Shown: piece after piece, positions 10,179 to 20,227 of the stretch | Position numbering within the stretch: position 1 is the first letter of the stretch | Layout: each line of letters begins with the position of its first letter | NCBI GenBank assembly: GCA_963700985.1 | Contig: OY969554.1 | Coordinates: forward strand, 1,888,001-1,952,000 | Reading direction: 5' to 3' | DNA from: an uncultured Chlamydiales bacterium | GTDB taxonomy: Bacteria; Chlamydiota; Chlamydiia; Chlamydiales; Rhabdochlamydiaceae | DNA length: 64,000 nucleotides | Position numbers and translations under genes: made by a program | Notes under the pieces: model-generated | What the model saw: only the letters and a program-made list of their open reading frames with translations | The model's database searches: none | What the model was told of the DNA's origin: nothing

Positions 10179-11369
10179 TTATAGTGAGGAAATTCGTTTG
10201 AGCGCTTCTTTTGCTTTATCGTGTGTGGTAAATGCAGAGAGGCGAATGTAGCCCTCTCCACAGGAGCCAAACCCTTTTCCAGGGATGCTAATCAAGTGGC
10301 ACTTTTCTAAAAGAATATTAAAGAAATCCCAAGAGCTTAATCCTTCGGGAGTCTTCCACCAGATGAAAGGCGAATCTACACCGCCAAAACACTGATATCC
10401 TAGTTGTTTTAAGCCATCGCGTAATAATTTTGCCTGAGCGAGATAAGACGCCACCTGAGCTTCTGTTTCTTTCTTGCCTTCGGGGCTATAAACGGCCTCA
10501 GCACCTTTTTGAATGGGATAAGCCACGCCATTGAATTTTGTGTTCTGCCTCTGCTTCCAAAGCGTATGAAGCGCGAGCTTTTTTTTGCCGCTTTCTGCAC
10601 AAACGGATTTTGGTAGTACCGTATACGCACAGCGAAGGCCGGTAAAACCGGCAGTTTTCGAAAAACTACGGAATTCGATGGCGACCTCTTTTGCGCCTTC
10701 GATCTCAAAAATGCTCTTTGGCACATCTGGAGAGGTGATAAATGCGACATAAGCATTGTCGTAAAGTAGGATAGCTTTTTCTCGACGTGCATAATCGACC
10801 CAAGCCTTGAGTTGGCTTCGTGTAAGCGCCATACCTGTGGGATTATTTGGCGAGCAGAGGTAGATCAGATCGCAGCTTTCTTTGGGTGGCTGAGGAGCAA
10901 AATCATGCTCGGGTTTGCAGGGGAGCATCACTACTTTCTTACCTAAGCCCTCCATCACACTGGAATCGAGATAAGCAGGATAGGTGGGATCGGTAATTCC
11001 AACGTGTCTTTGCACTTTGAAAAGATCGAGAATATTGACCGCATCGCTATTGATTCCGTCTGAGATGAAGATCTCATCGGGCGCAATTCCTAATTTGGCG
11101 TACTCATGATCTACGATCGCTTTGCGCAAAAAGAGATAGCCTTCAGATGGTCCATAACCGCGAATTGACTCGGGCTTTGCCATCTCTTGAACAGCTTCAC
11201 AGATCGCGCTCGTAATTTTTGGGGCAAGGGGAAGTGCCACATCGCCAATCCCCAGATTGATGATCTGTGCATCTACAGTGCGCTGTTTGAGTTCGGCGAG
11301 TTTTCGTTCAATAACCGGAAAAATGTATTCCCGTTTAATAGAGGAAAAGTGTGCGTTGATCTTTGCCAT
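10179..11369 (-). CDS. dapL: LL-diaminopimelate aminotransferase
   Basis: Motifs INLGIGDV, GYGPSEGY, CSPNNPTG, SFSKTAGFTGLR and GEGYIRLSAF. Confidence 0.95.
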   Translation of the reverse strand: MAKINAHFSSIKREYIFPVIERKLAELKQRTVDAQIINLGIGDVALPLAPKITSAICEAVQEMAKPESIRGYGPSEGYLFLRKAIVDHEYAKLGIAPDEIFISDGINSDAVNILDLFKVQRHVGITDPTYPAYLDSSVMEGLGKKVVMLPCKPEHDFAPQPPKESCDLIYLCSPNNPTGMALTRSQLKAWVDYARREKAILLYDNAYVAFITSPDVPKSIFEIEGAKEVAIEFRSFSKTAGFTGLRCAYTVLPKSVCAESGKKKLALHTLWKQRQNTKFNGVAYPIQKGAEAVYSPEGKKETEAQVASYLAQAKLLRDGLKQLGYQCFGGVDSPFIWWKTPEGLSSWDFFNILLEKCHLISIPGKGFGSCGEGYIRLSAFTTHDKAKEALKRISSL

Positions 11370-11428
11370 AAGTGTATACTTTAACGACCTTAACTTTTAT
11401 TGTCTCGCTATCATATACTTTACCTTTT

Positions 11429-12430
11429 ATGGACTGCACAAGACGATTATTTCTAATATTTTTTACGTTTTTACCTCTCATTCTTTTTGGAAAGAAGGTT
11501 GAACTCATTGCCGATTGGCCAATCTCGGAAAAAGAAGGGCTCGGCGGCGCAATCAATCAACGTCTGAATGCCAAAGGGGACATGCTTGTCGTTTCAGATT
11601 TTTCGAGCTATCGTTCTTTTCTGCACAAAGAGAGCAAAGAAAAATTTACATTCAATCCTGAGATTAAGCAGCTGGTCTTTTGGAATATGCCCCAAAAGCT
11701 GAAAAAATTAAAAATCGAACGTCTGCCTAAAGAAAAACTTATTCTATTCATGTGGGAACCACCCACGGTGCAAAGAAGGCTTTATACAAAGAAGATGCAA
11801 GATCTTTTCTCCAAGATTTACACGTGGGATGATGATCTAGTCGATAATGTGCGTTTCTTCAAGTTTTACTATCCTGTTCTCCAAAAAATGGCAGCAGATC
11901 TGCCTGTGTTTGAAAAGAAGAAGTTGTGCACGATGGTTTTTTCGAACAAGACCAGTCGCCATCCGCAGCAGCTTTACACGGCACGTGAAGAGATGATTCA
12001 GTTTTTTGAAAAGAAAGGTGGCCAAGACTTTGAGTTTTATGGTTGGGGCTGGGAAAAAGCTGGGTATCAAAGCTATCGCGGCACAGCAGCTAATAAGATC
12101 GATGTGCTTAAAAACTTTCGTTTTTGTATTTGCTATGAAAATATGCAAGGGAGCAAAGGGTATATAACCGAAAAGATCTTCGACGCCTTTGCTGCCGGAA
12201 ATGTGCCGATTTATTGGGGCGCTAGTAACATTGAAGAGTATGTGCCGCCTGATTGCTATATCGACCGTCGAAAGTTTAAAGATAACGAAGAGCTTTATCT
12301 CTTTCTGAAAAAAATGACGAAAAATGACTATGAAGGGTATTTAAAACGCATTAAAGCGTGGCTCGGCAGTGAATCTGCGCAACGCTTCTCGGTGGAAAAC
12401 TTTGCGAAAATTTTTGCTGAGGCAATTTGA
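11429..12430 (+). CDS. Glycosyltransferase family 10 (alpha-1,3-fucosyltransferase-like)
   Basis: GT10 motif FRFCICYEN...GYITEKIFDAFAAGNVPIYWG and an N-terminal hydrophobic segment. Confidence 0.88.
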   Translation: MDCTRRLFLIFFTFLPLILFGKKVELIADWPISEKEGLGGAINQRLNAKGDMLVVSDFSSYRSFLHKESKEKFTFNPEIKQLVFWNMPQKLKKLKIERLPKEKLILFMWEPPTVQRRLYTKKMQDLFSKIYTWDDDLVDNVRFFKFYYPVLQKMAADLPVFEKKKLCTMVFSNKTSRHPQQLYTAREEMIQFFEKKGGQDFEFYGWGWEKAGYQSYRGTAANKIDVLKNFRFCICYENMQGSKGYITEKIFDAFAAGNVPIYWGASNIEEYVPPDCYIDRRKFKDNEELYLFLKKMTKNDYEGYLKRIKAWLGSESAQRFSVENFAKIFAEAI

Positions 12431-12434
12431 GACC

Positions 12435-13145
12435 ATGAACGTTTCAATTGAAGGTTTACAAGAGAAGAGTGGAGAAATCGAAGAGAAGTTGGGCTATGTT
12501 TTTAATGACAAGACGCTGCTTTTTACGGCTTTTGTACACCGCTCTTTTTTCAATGAGCATCGCGATTTAGTCAAGCAGCCCAATGAGCGTTTTGAGTTTC
12601 TCGGCGATTCCGTGCTGGGTTTAATTGTTTCCGATTTTCTTTATCACAACCTTCCTAATAATCCTGAAGGGGAGCTCTCTCATCTGCGCGCGCAGATCGT
12701 CGAAGCCGGCGCTTGTGCCAATTTCCTGCAAAAACTTGGGTTAGGGCCATATGTGCTTTTAGGCAAAGGCGAGAGGATGAATGAAGGGCGTGGTAGAGAG
12801 ACAATCTTTGCAGATCTTTTTGAAGCGATAGTAGGAGCGATCTATCTGGATGGAGGAATCGAAAGTGCACGGCGTTTCTTTTTTAGCCATTTTCAGCAGG
12901 ATTTAGAAGAGGCGCTGAAGAAACCCATGCGCAACTGGAAGGCTGAGTTGCAAGATTATTCGCAAAAAAAATACCAGCGTCCGCCTGTTTACAAAGTCGT
13001 GCGTGAGTCTGGCCCTGATCACAGCAAAATTTTTGAAGTGGCTGCCTACATTGGCGATCAGATTGTGGGAGAGGGTAAGGGCTCTTCAAAAAAAGAGGCA
13101 GAGCAAGATGCCGCCGAGAATGCACTGACAAAGATGGGTTCATAA
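12435..13145 (+). CDS. rnc: Ribonuclease III
   Basis: Motifs NERFEFLGDSVLG and ADLFEAIVGAIYLDGG, with a C-terminal dsRBD (GSSKKEAEQ). Confidence 0.97.
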   Translation: MNVSIEGLQEKSGEIEEKLGYVFNDKTLLFTAFVHRSFFNEHRDLVKQPNERFEFLGDSVLGLIVSDFLYHNLPNNPEGELSHLRAQIVEAGACANFLQKLGLGPYVLLGKGERMNEGRGRETIFADLFEAIVGAIYLDGGIESARRFFFSHFQQDLEEALKKPMRNWKAELQDYSQKKYQRPPVYKVVRESGPDHSKIFEVAAYIGDQIVGEGKGSSKKEAEQDAAENALTKMGS

Positions 13146-14519
13146 ATGGCTAAACAAAAAGTGACCTGGAGCTGTCAAGAGTGTGGACATAGTCAAGCCA
13201 AATGGAGCGGTAGCTGCTCTGTTTGTCAAAAATGGAACACCTTTGCCGAAGAGGTTGAAATTGTCGATTCAAAGAGAAGATTTGAAACAGCGGACAAGCC
13301 CACAGCGCAGCCTGTCCGTCTAAAAGAGATTCAAAAAGTCAATTTTCGCCGCATCCAAACGGGGATGAATGAATTCGATCGCATGATGGGCGGCGGTATT
13401 GTCTCCGGCTCTCTTTCTCTTTTGGGTGGAGATCCTGGAATTGGGAAATCGACTCTCATGTTGCAAATCGCGCATGCGCTGGCAAATCAAGGGCTGATAG
13501 TTTTATATGTCTGTGGAGAAGAATCGGTCGAGCAGACTTCTCTGCGCGCCGAGCGTTTGCATGTGGGTAGTGACAATCTCTTCTTATTGAACGAGACGCT
13601 CTTTTCGAATATCAAGTTGCATATCGAGAAGTTGAAGCCTGATATTCTGATCGTCGACTCCATTCAGATTCTTTATAAAAGTGATCTGCCTTCAGCTCCT
13701 GGCAGCGTAACCCAGATAAGAGAGATTACCACAGAGCTTTTGCATCTCTCCAAAGGATTAGGTATTTCGACTTTTCTAATCGGACATATCACCAAATCGG
13801 GCGAAATTGCTGGGCCTAAAGTTTTAGAACACTTGGTCGATACTGTGCTCTACTTCGAAGGCGAGCGTCACCAAGGATGTCGACTTTTGCGCAGCGTAAA
13901 AAATCGCTTTGGTCCGAGTGAAGAGATCGCCATTTTTCAGATGGTGGGCCATGGGTTAAAAGAGGTGTCTAACCCTTCTGCACTCTTCCTTCAAGAAAGA
14001 ACGCGTGAAGTGCCTGGCTCAGCGGTTGTTCCGACCGTGGAAGGCACGCGTGCTCTGCTTATTGAAGTTCAGTCGCTGGTAGCGGCCTCGGCTTTTGCAA
14101 CTTCCACGCGTAGATCGAGCGGCTTAGACCAGAACCGTCTCACGCTTCTGCTTGCGGTGCTTGAAAAGCGCCTCGGATATAATCTGCATCACTCAGATGT
14201 TTTTGTTTCGGTTGCAGGCGGTATGCGAATCGTCGAGCCTGCTGCAGATTTAGGTGTGCTCATGGCTATCTCATCTTCTTTTAGTAACCGACCTATCGAT
14301 CAGGAAACGATCATCATTGGAGAGGTGGGTCTGGGTGGAGAAGTGCGTGGCGTCCCACGCATCGAAGCGCGCCTTAAAGAGGCGATCAACATGGGTTTCA
14401 AACGCTGTATTCTTCCTAAGCGCAATCTCAAAGAGATCTCAGCTGATTTTCTAAAAAAGATCTCAGTTGAAGCAATAGAATTTGTAGAAGAGGCTACCGA
14501 TGTCCTCATCGGCAAATAA
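13146..14519 (+). CDS. radA: DNA repair protein RadA/Sms
   Basis: N-terminal C4 zinc finger, Walker A GDPGIGKS, KNRFG motif and a Lon-like C-terminus. Confidence 0.97.
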   Translation: MAKQKVTWSCQECGHSQAKWSGSCSVCQKWNTFAEEVEIVDSKRRFETADKPTAQPVRLKEIQKVNFRRIQTGMNEFDRMMGGGIVSGSLSLLGGDPGIGKSTLMLQIAHALANQGLIVLYVCGEESVEQTSLRAERLHVGSDNLFLLNETLFSNIKLHIEKLKPDILIVDSIQILYKSDLPSAPGSVTQIREITTELLHLSKGLGISTFLIGHITKSGEIAGPKVLEHLVDTVLYFEGERHQGCRLLRSVKNRFGPSEEIAIFQMVGHGLKEVSNPSALFLQERTREVPGSAVVPTVEGTRALLIEVQSLVAASAFATSTRRSSGLDQNRLTLLLAVLEKRLGYNLHHSDVFVSVAGGMRIVEPAADLGVLMAISSSFSNRPIDQETIIIGEVGLGGEVRGVPRIEARLKEAINMGFKRCILPKRNLKEISADFLKKISVEAIEFVEEATDVLIGK

Positions 14520-15177
14520 TATTTTAACGATCGGAGCTCGTGCTTCAAGACTATCACGTGCCCAATTGGCCGAGGTTTTAGAAGCACTTAAAAAAGTTCA
14601 TCCAAAAATCGATTTTTCTCCAATGTGGGTCAATACGACTGGCGATCTAGACCAGTTCACTTCACTACGCTCTTTGGATAAAACAGATTTTTTTACACGC
14701 GAGATAGATCAGCTGCTGCTAAGCGGGGCTTGCAGGGTGGCTGTCCATTCTGCCAAAGACCTACCCGACCCCTTACCAAAGGGATTGAGCCAGGTTGCGC
14801 TTACTGAAGGCGTAGATCCAAGTGACTCACTTGTAATGCTGCCAGGCATAAGTCTTTCAACGTTGCCTTCTTATGCCCGAATTGGAACCTCTTCCGCACG
14901 AAGAGAAGCCACAGTAGCAAGCTTACGCCCCGATCTGCGCTGCGTCGATATCCGGGGGGCGATTGAAAAACGGTTAGAGCTTTTAGAACAAAAAGAAGTG
15001 GAAGGAGTTGTGGTGGCAGAAGCGGCCCTGATCCGTCTTGGCCTCACCCACCTCAATCGATTAAAATTGCCTGGCCAAACTGCCCCATTACAGGGTAAGC
15101 TCTCTATTATCGCTCGCTCGGAAGACGAGGAGATGCGTACCCTCTTTGCCTGTTTGGACACGCATGCTATTAAATAA
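14500..15177 (+). CDS. hemC: Hydroxymethylbilane synthase (porphobilinogen deaminase), short form
   Basis: Motifs IGARASRLS, TTGD, AVHSAKDLP and IGTSSARR. Confidence 0.92.
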   Translation: MSSSANNILTIGARASRLSRAQLAEVLEALKKVHPKIDFSPMWVNTTGDLDQFTSLRSLDKTDFFTREIDQLLLSGACRVAVHSAKDLPDPLPKGLSQVALTEGVDPSDSLVMLPGISLSTLPSYARIGTSSARREATVASLRPDLRCVDIRGAIEKRLELLEQKEVEGVVVAEAALIRLGLTHLNRLKLPGQTAPLQGKLSIIARSEDEEMRTLFACLDTHAIK

Positions 15178-15189
15178 ATTGGAGTTTTT

Positions 15190-16518
15190 GTGAAACGCTT
15201 TATCACCAGCGTCTTGCTGACGCTTTCTTTGAGCTGTGGAGTGCAAGCCGCACCCTTTCTGGCCACTTCTAAGACGGTGGACAAGACCGAAAAAGCCAGC
15301 TTTAATTACGATTTGCACCTCAATTCTATTACAGGTAAGGGACGCAGAACGGTAGTCTGCCTGCATGGGTATTCTGGAGATTATCGCCTAGGACGTCACT
15401 TAAAAAAGGTGGGTCTAAAAGAAAACATCGTCAGCTTCAATTTCCCTGATTATGGCATTCGAGAAGGAAAGTTCGACGCAGAAAAAGCGACCTTTGGAAC
15501 GATTCAAGAACTTCTGCCCGCAATCTACGTTCTTAAAAAATGTGTAGTAGAAAAAGGCCTGCACGAAATTGATCTCTATGGTTTTTCAGCCGGCGGCGGT
15601 GCTGCTGTTAACGTCCTCGCCGTGCTTAACACCTCTAAATATGATAAGGCGCTGAAGGCACATGGAATCACGCTTGAAGATAAGCAGAAAATTTTAAAAG
15701 CGATTCAAAGCGGCATCGTGATTCTAGATGCTCCTTTGAAATCTATCGATGAAGTTATTGCTGCAAGAGGCTCGACAAAAGAGCTAGAAATAATAGCAAA
15801 GCATTATCAGGAAAATGACCTGCGGCCTATCGACTCTTTGCGCCATTTAGAGAATCTCTCTTTGCAAGTTATCGTCTATTTTCAATCTCCCGATGCAGTT
15901 ATCTCGAATCGTGATGATGCCCTTTTTATCGAACGCCTCAAAAAATATAATAGCTCAGGCACGACCACGGTGATCGTGGCAGATGAAGGCGGCCATACCG
16001 GAAAGCATGTGAGCCTGCTGCATGCCTATGAACAATTAAGCAAGAGTCGCACCATGGCCTATACCACCGAGAAGCTAAAACAAAAGTTTTTGATCGGTAT
16101 CGAACTGAAAACCAGCAATGAACAGGCGCGTGCAGCAAAAGAGATCCCTCAACACTGGGATAAGTTTTATAAAGAGGGCGTGCTGGCTAAAATCCCAAAC
16201 AAAGTCAGCGAAGATGTCTACGCGCTCTATACCGACTATGAAGGCGATCACACCAAACCCTATTCATGCATTATCGGCTGTGAGGTTTCTACGTTGGAGC
16301 AGATTCCCGATGGGATGGTGGGAAAAAAGATCCCACGCACAAGCTATGCAGTGGTGACAGCGCCTGGACCCTTTCCTACATCTCTCGTCGAAACCTGGCA
16401 GAAGATTTGGAATTCGAATCTCAAACGAGCCTATAAACATGATCTCGAGGTCTACCGCGCAGGCTTTGATCCTCAGAAAAAACCCGAGGTTAAGGTCTAC
16501 ATTGGCGTAAAACCTTGA
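15190..16518 (+). CDS. Exported alpha/beta hydrolase fused to a C-terminal GyrI-like small-molecule-binding domain
   Basis: Signal-like N-terminus, VCLHGY, nucleophile elbow GFSAGG and GGH. The C-terminal ~155 aa (IPQHWDKF, YALYTDYEGDH, WQKIW, EVKVYIGVK) are GyrI-like. Confidence 0.75.
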   Translation: MKRFITSVLLTLSLSCGVQAAPFLATSKTVDKTEKASFNYDLHLNSITGKGRRTVVCLHGYSGDYRLGRHLKKVGLKENIVSFNFPDYGIREGKFDAEKATFGTIQELLPAIYVLKKCVVEKGLHEIDLYGFSAGGGAAVNVLAVLNTSKYDKALKAHGITLEDKQKILKAIQSGIVILDAPLKSIDEVIAARGSTKELEIIAKHYQENDLRPIDSLRHLENLSLQVIVYFQSPDAVISNRDDALFIERLKKYNSSGTTTVIVADEGGHTGKHVSLLHAYEQLSKSRTMAYTTEKLKQKFLIGIELKTSNEQARAAKEIPQHWDKFYKEGVLAKIPNKVSEDVYALYTDYEGDHTKPYSCIIGCEVSTLEQIPDGMVGKKIPRTSYAVVTAPGPFPTSLVETWQKIWNSNLKRAYKHDLEVYRAGFDPQKKPEVKVYIGVKP

Positions 16519-16523
16519 GCTTA

Positions 16524-17117
16524 TCAATCCTTGCGAGCGAGCGTTTCTATTTCTACGTCATCGCCGGCCCAGCTTTTGAGCATTTCATGCAAATCTGTGC
16601 TTTTTTCCGAGGATTTTGATTCTTCTCCCTTAGGTTTTAAAAGGGTAAGTTTTTTACACATAATAAACACGCGTTTGGGATCGATCATAATTGAAATATC
16701 GCCCACTGAAAGATGCCTGGTGCAGAGGGTTAACTGCTTAGGTGCATAAAAATGCACGGGGGCAATTTCGGCTCCCTGCCTTTTCATCCCTAAATTAATT
16801 GCATTTTTGGCGACAACACTTACCAAAGGGGCCGCCACACATGCAGGAGCTTCAAGAGTGATTGAGTCCAGACTACTGATATTGACAATCGAGGCTGAGC
16901 CCCAGAAAGAATCAGTTTCAACAGAATTATCCCACTGGTAGGAACAAAGTTGTTTCCCGTAAATTCTCTCTGCTACGGGGTATCCAGCTCTTAACTTCAA
17001 GACTTGTTCTCTGTATCCATTTAATATTTGATCCGTTCCTACTGCAGCCATAGATGCCCCCAAATTTTTGAAGTAATATATAGATGGATTTTTTATTGAG
17101 ATAGGTTCCTTTGACAA
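16524..17117 (-). CDS. Hypothetical protein; start uncertain
   Basis: 197-aa ORF filling the gap between flanking genes, with no recognisable motif. Confidence 0.55.
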   Translation of the reverse strand: MSKEPISIKNPSIYYFKNLGASMAAVGTDQILNGYREQVLKLRAGYPVAERIYGKQLCSYQWDNSVETDSFWGSASIVNISSLDSITLEAPACVAAPLVSVVAKNAINLGMKRQGAEIAPVHFYAPKQLTLCTRHLSVGDISIMIDPKRVFIMCKKLTLLKPKGEESKSSEKSTDLHEMLKSWAGDDVEIETLARKD

Positions 17118-17149
17118 AAAGCGTTAAGAGCATTAAATTTTGATGTCAC

Positions 17150-18562
17150 ATGTCTAAAAAAACACTTACTGTTTTCACCCTCGCCATGATTAACGTCGCT
17201 GCTGTGAGCAGCGTGCGTAATTTGCCGACGATCGCCGAATATGGCTTTGCATCGCTTTTTTTCTTTGCGCTGGCCGCCGTTCTCTTTTTTATTCCTGTCT
17301 CAATGGTCGCGGCAGAGCTGGCTACTGGGTGGCCTCAAACCGGCGGCGTTTTTGCTTGGGTTAAAGAGGCTTTTGGACATCGCACCGGATTTTTAGCCAT
17401 TTGGCTTCTCTGGGCAGAAAATGTGATCTATTATCCAGCGCTTTTGTCATTTATCGCGGGCACCATCGCTTACATCGCAAGTCCAACCCTCGCGCAGAAC
17501 CCTTATTACACCTTATTTGTAATAGTCACTGTCTTTTGGGCTACAACGCTGGCGAATCTACTCGGTATGCGTATCTCTGGCTGGATCAGCGCTTTTGGGG
17601 TAATCACGGGGACGATCATTCCAGGGGGACTCATCATCATCTTGGGAATTCTCTGGTACTTTTCTGGAAACTCTTTGCAAGTTGCATTTACTACCCAGAA
17701 TTTAGTTCCAGACATGAGCTCTCCCACGCAACTTGTGCTTTTTTCAGGCGTTTTGGTCGCCTTTTGCGGTTTAGAGATGTCTGCTGTGCATGCACGCGAC
17801 GTACAAAATCCTCAAAAAAACTACCCAAGAGCCATTCTATTATCGGCTCTTCTCATCCTTGGACTTTATGTGCTTGGGGTATTGGCGATAGCCATCGTCA
17901 TTCCACAAAGCGAGATCAGCCTTACTGCGGGCTCGCTTCAAGCTTTTGCTGTTTTTGTGGATGCATATGGTTTGAGTTGGCTGACTCCGGTCATCGCCAT
18001 CCTTTTAACTCTTGGAGCTTTCGGAACATTGAGCACCTGGATTGCAGGGCCGAGCAAAGGTCTTTTAGGAGCGGCTCAAAGTGGCGATCTGCCGCCTTTC
18101 TTTCGCAAACTCAACCGTCATGGGATGCCCGTTGCGCTGCTCATCACGCAAGCCGTGATTGTGACATTCTTCTCGATGATCTTTTTAATCATGCCCACTG
18201 TAAGCAGCGGCTACTGGGTCTTGAACGCCATGGTAGCCCAGCTCTACCTCTTGATGTACATCCTCATGTTTGCCGCCGCCATCAAACTGCGTTACAAACA
18301 GCCGCAAGTAAAAAGAGCGTACAGAATTCCTGGAGGCAACTTTGGTATGTGGTTTGTGGCAGGGCTTGGACTCATCGGCTCTTTTGCCACATTCTGCATT
18401 GGTTTCTTTCCTCCTGCACAACTGCAAACTGGCAACGCAACTTTCTATGTCGCCTTCCTATTCTTGAGTGTCGTCATTGCGTGCATCGCACCTTCCGTTA
18501 TCCTTATGTTTAAAAAACCCAGCTGGACCAAGGCTTTAAGCCACGAAAAAGAGAAAGGCTGA
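17150..18562 (+). CDS. APC-superfamily amino acid permease (GadC/XasA-like antiporter)
   Basis: About 12 hydrophobic segments, and motifs AELATGWPQTGGVFAWVKEAFG and NPQKNYPRAI. Confidence 0.88.
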   Translation: MSKKTLTVFTLAMINVAAVSSVRNLPTIAEYGFASLFFFALAAVLFFIPVSMVAAELATGWPQTGGVFAWVKEAFGHRTGFLAIWLLWAENVIYYPALLSFIAGTIAYIASPTLAQNPYYTLFVIVTVFWATTLANLLGMRISGWISAFGVITGTIIPGGLIIILGILWYFSGNSLQVAFTTQNLVPDMSSPTQLVLFSGVLVAFCGLEMSAVHARDVQNPQKNYPRAILLSALLILGLYVLGVLAIAIVIPQSEISLTAGSLQAFAVFVDAYGLSWLTPVIAILLTLGAFGTLSTWIAGPSKGLLGAAQSGDLPPFFRKLNRHGMPVALLITQAVIVTFFSMIFLIMPTVSSGYWVLNAMVAQLYLLMYILMFAAAIKLRYKQPQVKRAYRIPGGNFGMWFVAGLGLIGSFATFCIGFFPPAQLQTGNATFYVAFLFLSVVIACIAPSVILMFKKPSWTKALSHEKEKG

Positions 18563-18692
18563 TTTATCGAGCTTTTTTAGTAAATCATTTACAGGATTTG
18601 CAGGATATTTTTTTTTATCCATGCTGCACTTCCTGTTCTCTTACTGAATTTTGCATAGCGCAGTTTTAGAAGAATTTCACCACCGAGATCAC

Positions 18693-19504
18693 ATGGAAAG
18701 TTCCTACTTGCCGTTTTTAAAAGGCTTTTTCACTGGAGCTGGTCTTATCATTGGGATTGGGGCGCAGAATGCTTTTGTCTTAAAGCAGGGCCTCAAGAAG
18801 AACCACGTTTTTGTTACCGCGCTCTTTTGCACACTCGCAGATATGCTATTAATTGGACTTGGTGTGGGTGGCTTAGCAGACATTTTTACACTCAACTGGA
18901 TCCTGCTCTTCATTGCAAAATGGGGCGGAGCCGCCTTTCTATTTTGGTGGGGGTTTCGCGCATTTCGTTCGATGTTCAAATCCGAGAGTTTGCAGGCTCA
19001 AAATGCACACGAGCCATCCTCGCACTCATTAGACTTCTTTCGAAATTCCATTTGCACGCTAAAACCGTCCTTTTTTCTCTGGTTTTTATCGCGCCTTCTC
19101 ACCGACCCTCTTTCGGGTCGCTTCGTCGGCGCGATATGAGCCGATAAATCGGCTCTAAAAAACCAGAGAAAGAATCACCGCTTTTTTCGCACAAAGCGAA
19201 TTTCGAAAGAAGTCTATTAAAAAAGACACTGCTTATCCTTGCCGCTTTGAGTTTTTTAAATCCTCATGTTTATCTCGATGCGGTAATCCTTTTAGGAAGC
19301 ATAGGAGCGCAGTTTGAAAAAATTGAAAGACCCTTTTTTGCAATTGGTGCTATGGTCGCGTCTGTGTGCTGGTTTTTCGGTCTCTGTTACGGCGCGCGGT
19401 TTTTAGCTCCTCTCATGAAAAGTCAAAAGTCATGGAAAATCATAGATTTCATCACGGGCTGCATCATGTGGGGGATTGCTCTAAGTATTCTTTTCAAGTT
19501 GTAA
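18693..19504 (+). pseudogene. LysE/ArgO-family amino acid exporter interrupted by a palindromic element
   Basis: The 5' half (IGIGAQNAFVLKQG) and 3' half (FLNPHVYLDAVILLGSIG) are in different frames. Deleting 19031-19215 restores one frame (...HSLLKKTLLILAALSFLNPHVYLD). Confidence 0.9.
19031..19215. mobile_element. 185-bp palindromic MITE-like element, copy 1
   Basis: Perfect 18-bp terminal inverted repeat AGACTTCTTTCGAAATTC/GAATTTCGAAAGAAGTCT, with ATT on both flanks. A second copy lies at 29778. Confidence 0.9.
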
Positions 19505-19519
19505 ATGAGGATTTCTAAT

Positions 19520-20155
19520 ATGAAAAAGATTCTCTATCTCGGAACAAGTCCGACGCATTTTTCTTTCGACGGCCATCTCATTCATTATCCCGTAATTAAA
19601 ATTGTTCCAAGAAGTGTCGAGCATCCAGATGTGCAAGAGGCGTTCCAAGATCTCGCGGCTTATACGCATCTCATTTTTACGAGTAAAAACACAGTGCGCG
19701 TCTTTTTTGAACATCTGATCGCTCATGGGCTGAATCGAGAAATTATCAAACACAAATTCATTACAGCCATTGGCAAAGTTACTGCAGCGCATCTGGCATA
19801 TGAGGATGTGCGTGTAGATTTAATCGCTTATGACGAGACGCAAGAAGGAGTGATTGAAGCCTTACAACCCTATGATTTAACACATGCTTATGTGTTTATA
19901 CCTCGCTCATCAAGAGCGCGGCCGCATTTGGCTCAATACTTAGAAGAAAAGAAAATCCGCTTTCGCGCCTGCGACCTTTATGATACGCACGTCCAACGCC
20001 TTGAGCCTATCCCTAATCTTGAATCTATCGATGAGATCATTTTCACGAGTCCTTCGACAGTAGAAGCTTTTAAAGAGATCTTCGGTGCTTTGCCTGCAAA
20101 CAAGAAGCTTATCGCGATTGGCCCCATCACTGAAGAGGCGCTAAAGAAGCTCTAA
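19520..20155 (+). CDS. hemD: Uroporphyrinogen-III synthase
   Basis: Motifs HLIFTSKNTV, AIGKVTA, IIFTSPSTVEAF and IAIGPIT. Confidence 0.88.
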   Translation: MKKILYLGTSPTHFSFDGHLIHYPVIKIVPRSVEHPDVQEAFQDLAAYTHLIFTSKNTVRVFFEHLIAHGLNREIIKHKFITAIGKVTAAHLAYEDVRVDLIAYDETQEGVIEALQPYDLTHAYVFIPRSSRARPHLAQYLEEKKIRFRACDLYDTHVQRLEPIPNLESIDEIIFTSPSTVEAFKEIFGALPANKKLIAIGPITEEALKKL

Positions 20156-20227
20156 AGCTTTCAAAAATTTGAGAGTTCATACTATGATGGCGTTCAATAC
20201 TTATTAAAATCTTTTTTGGAGAATTTT

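Noticed and set aside
16927-17133. Possible frameshifted 5' end (MLLTL...) for ORF 16524-17117
   Set aside because: An in-frame TTG start is available, and without homologs the frameshift cannot be supported.
17401-18513. 370-aa alternative-frame ORF inside the amino acid permease
   Set aside because: It fully overlaps a well-supported membrane protein gene and has no recognisable motif, so it is most likely a shadow ORF.
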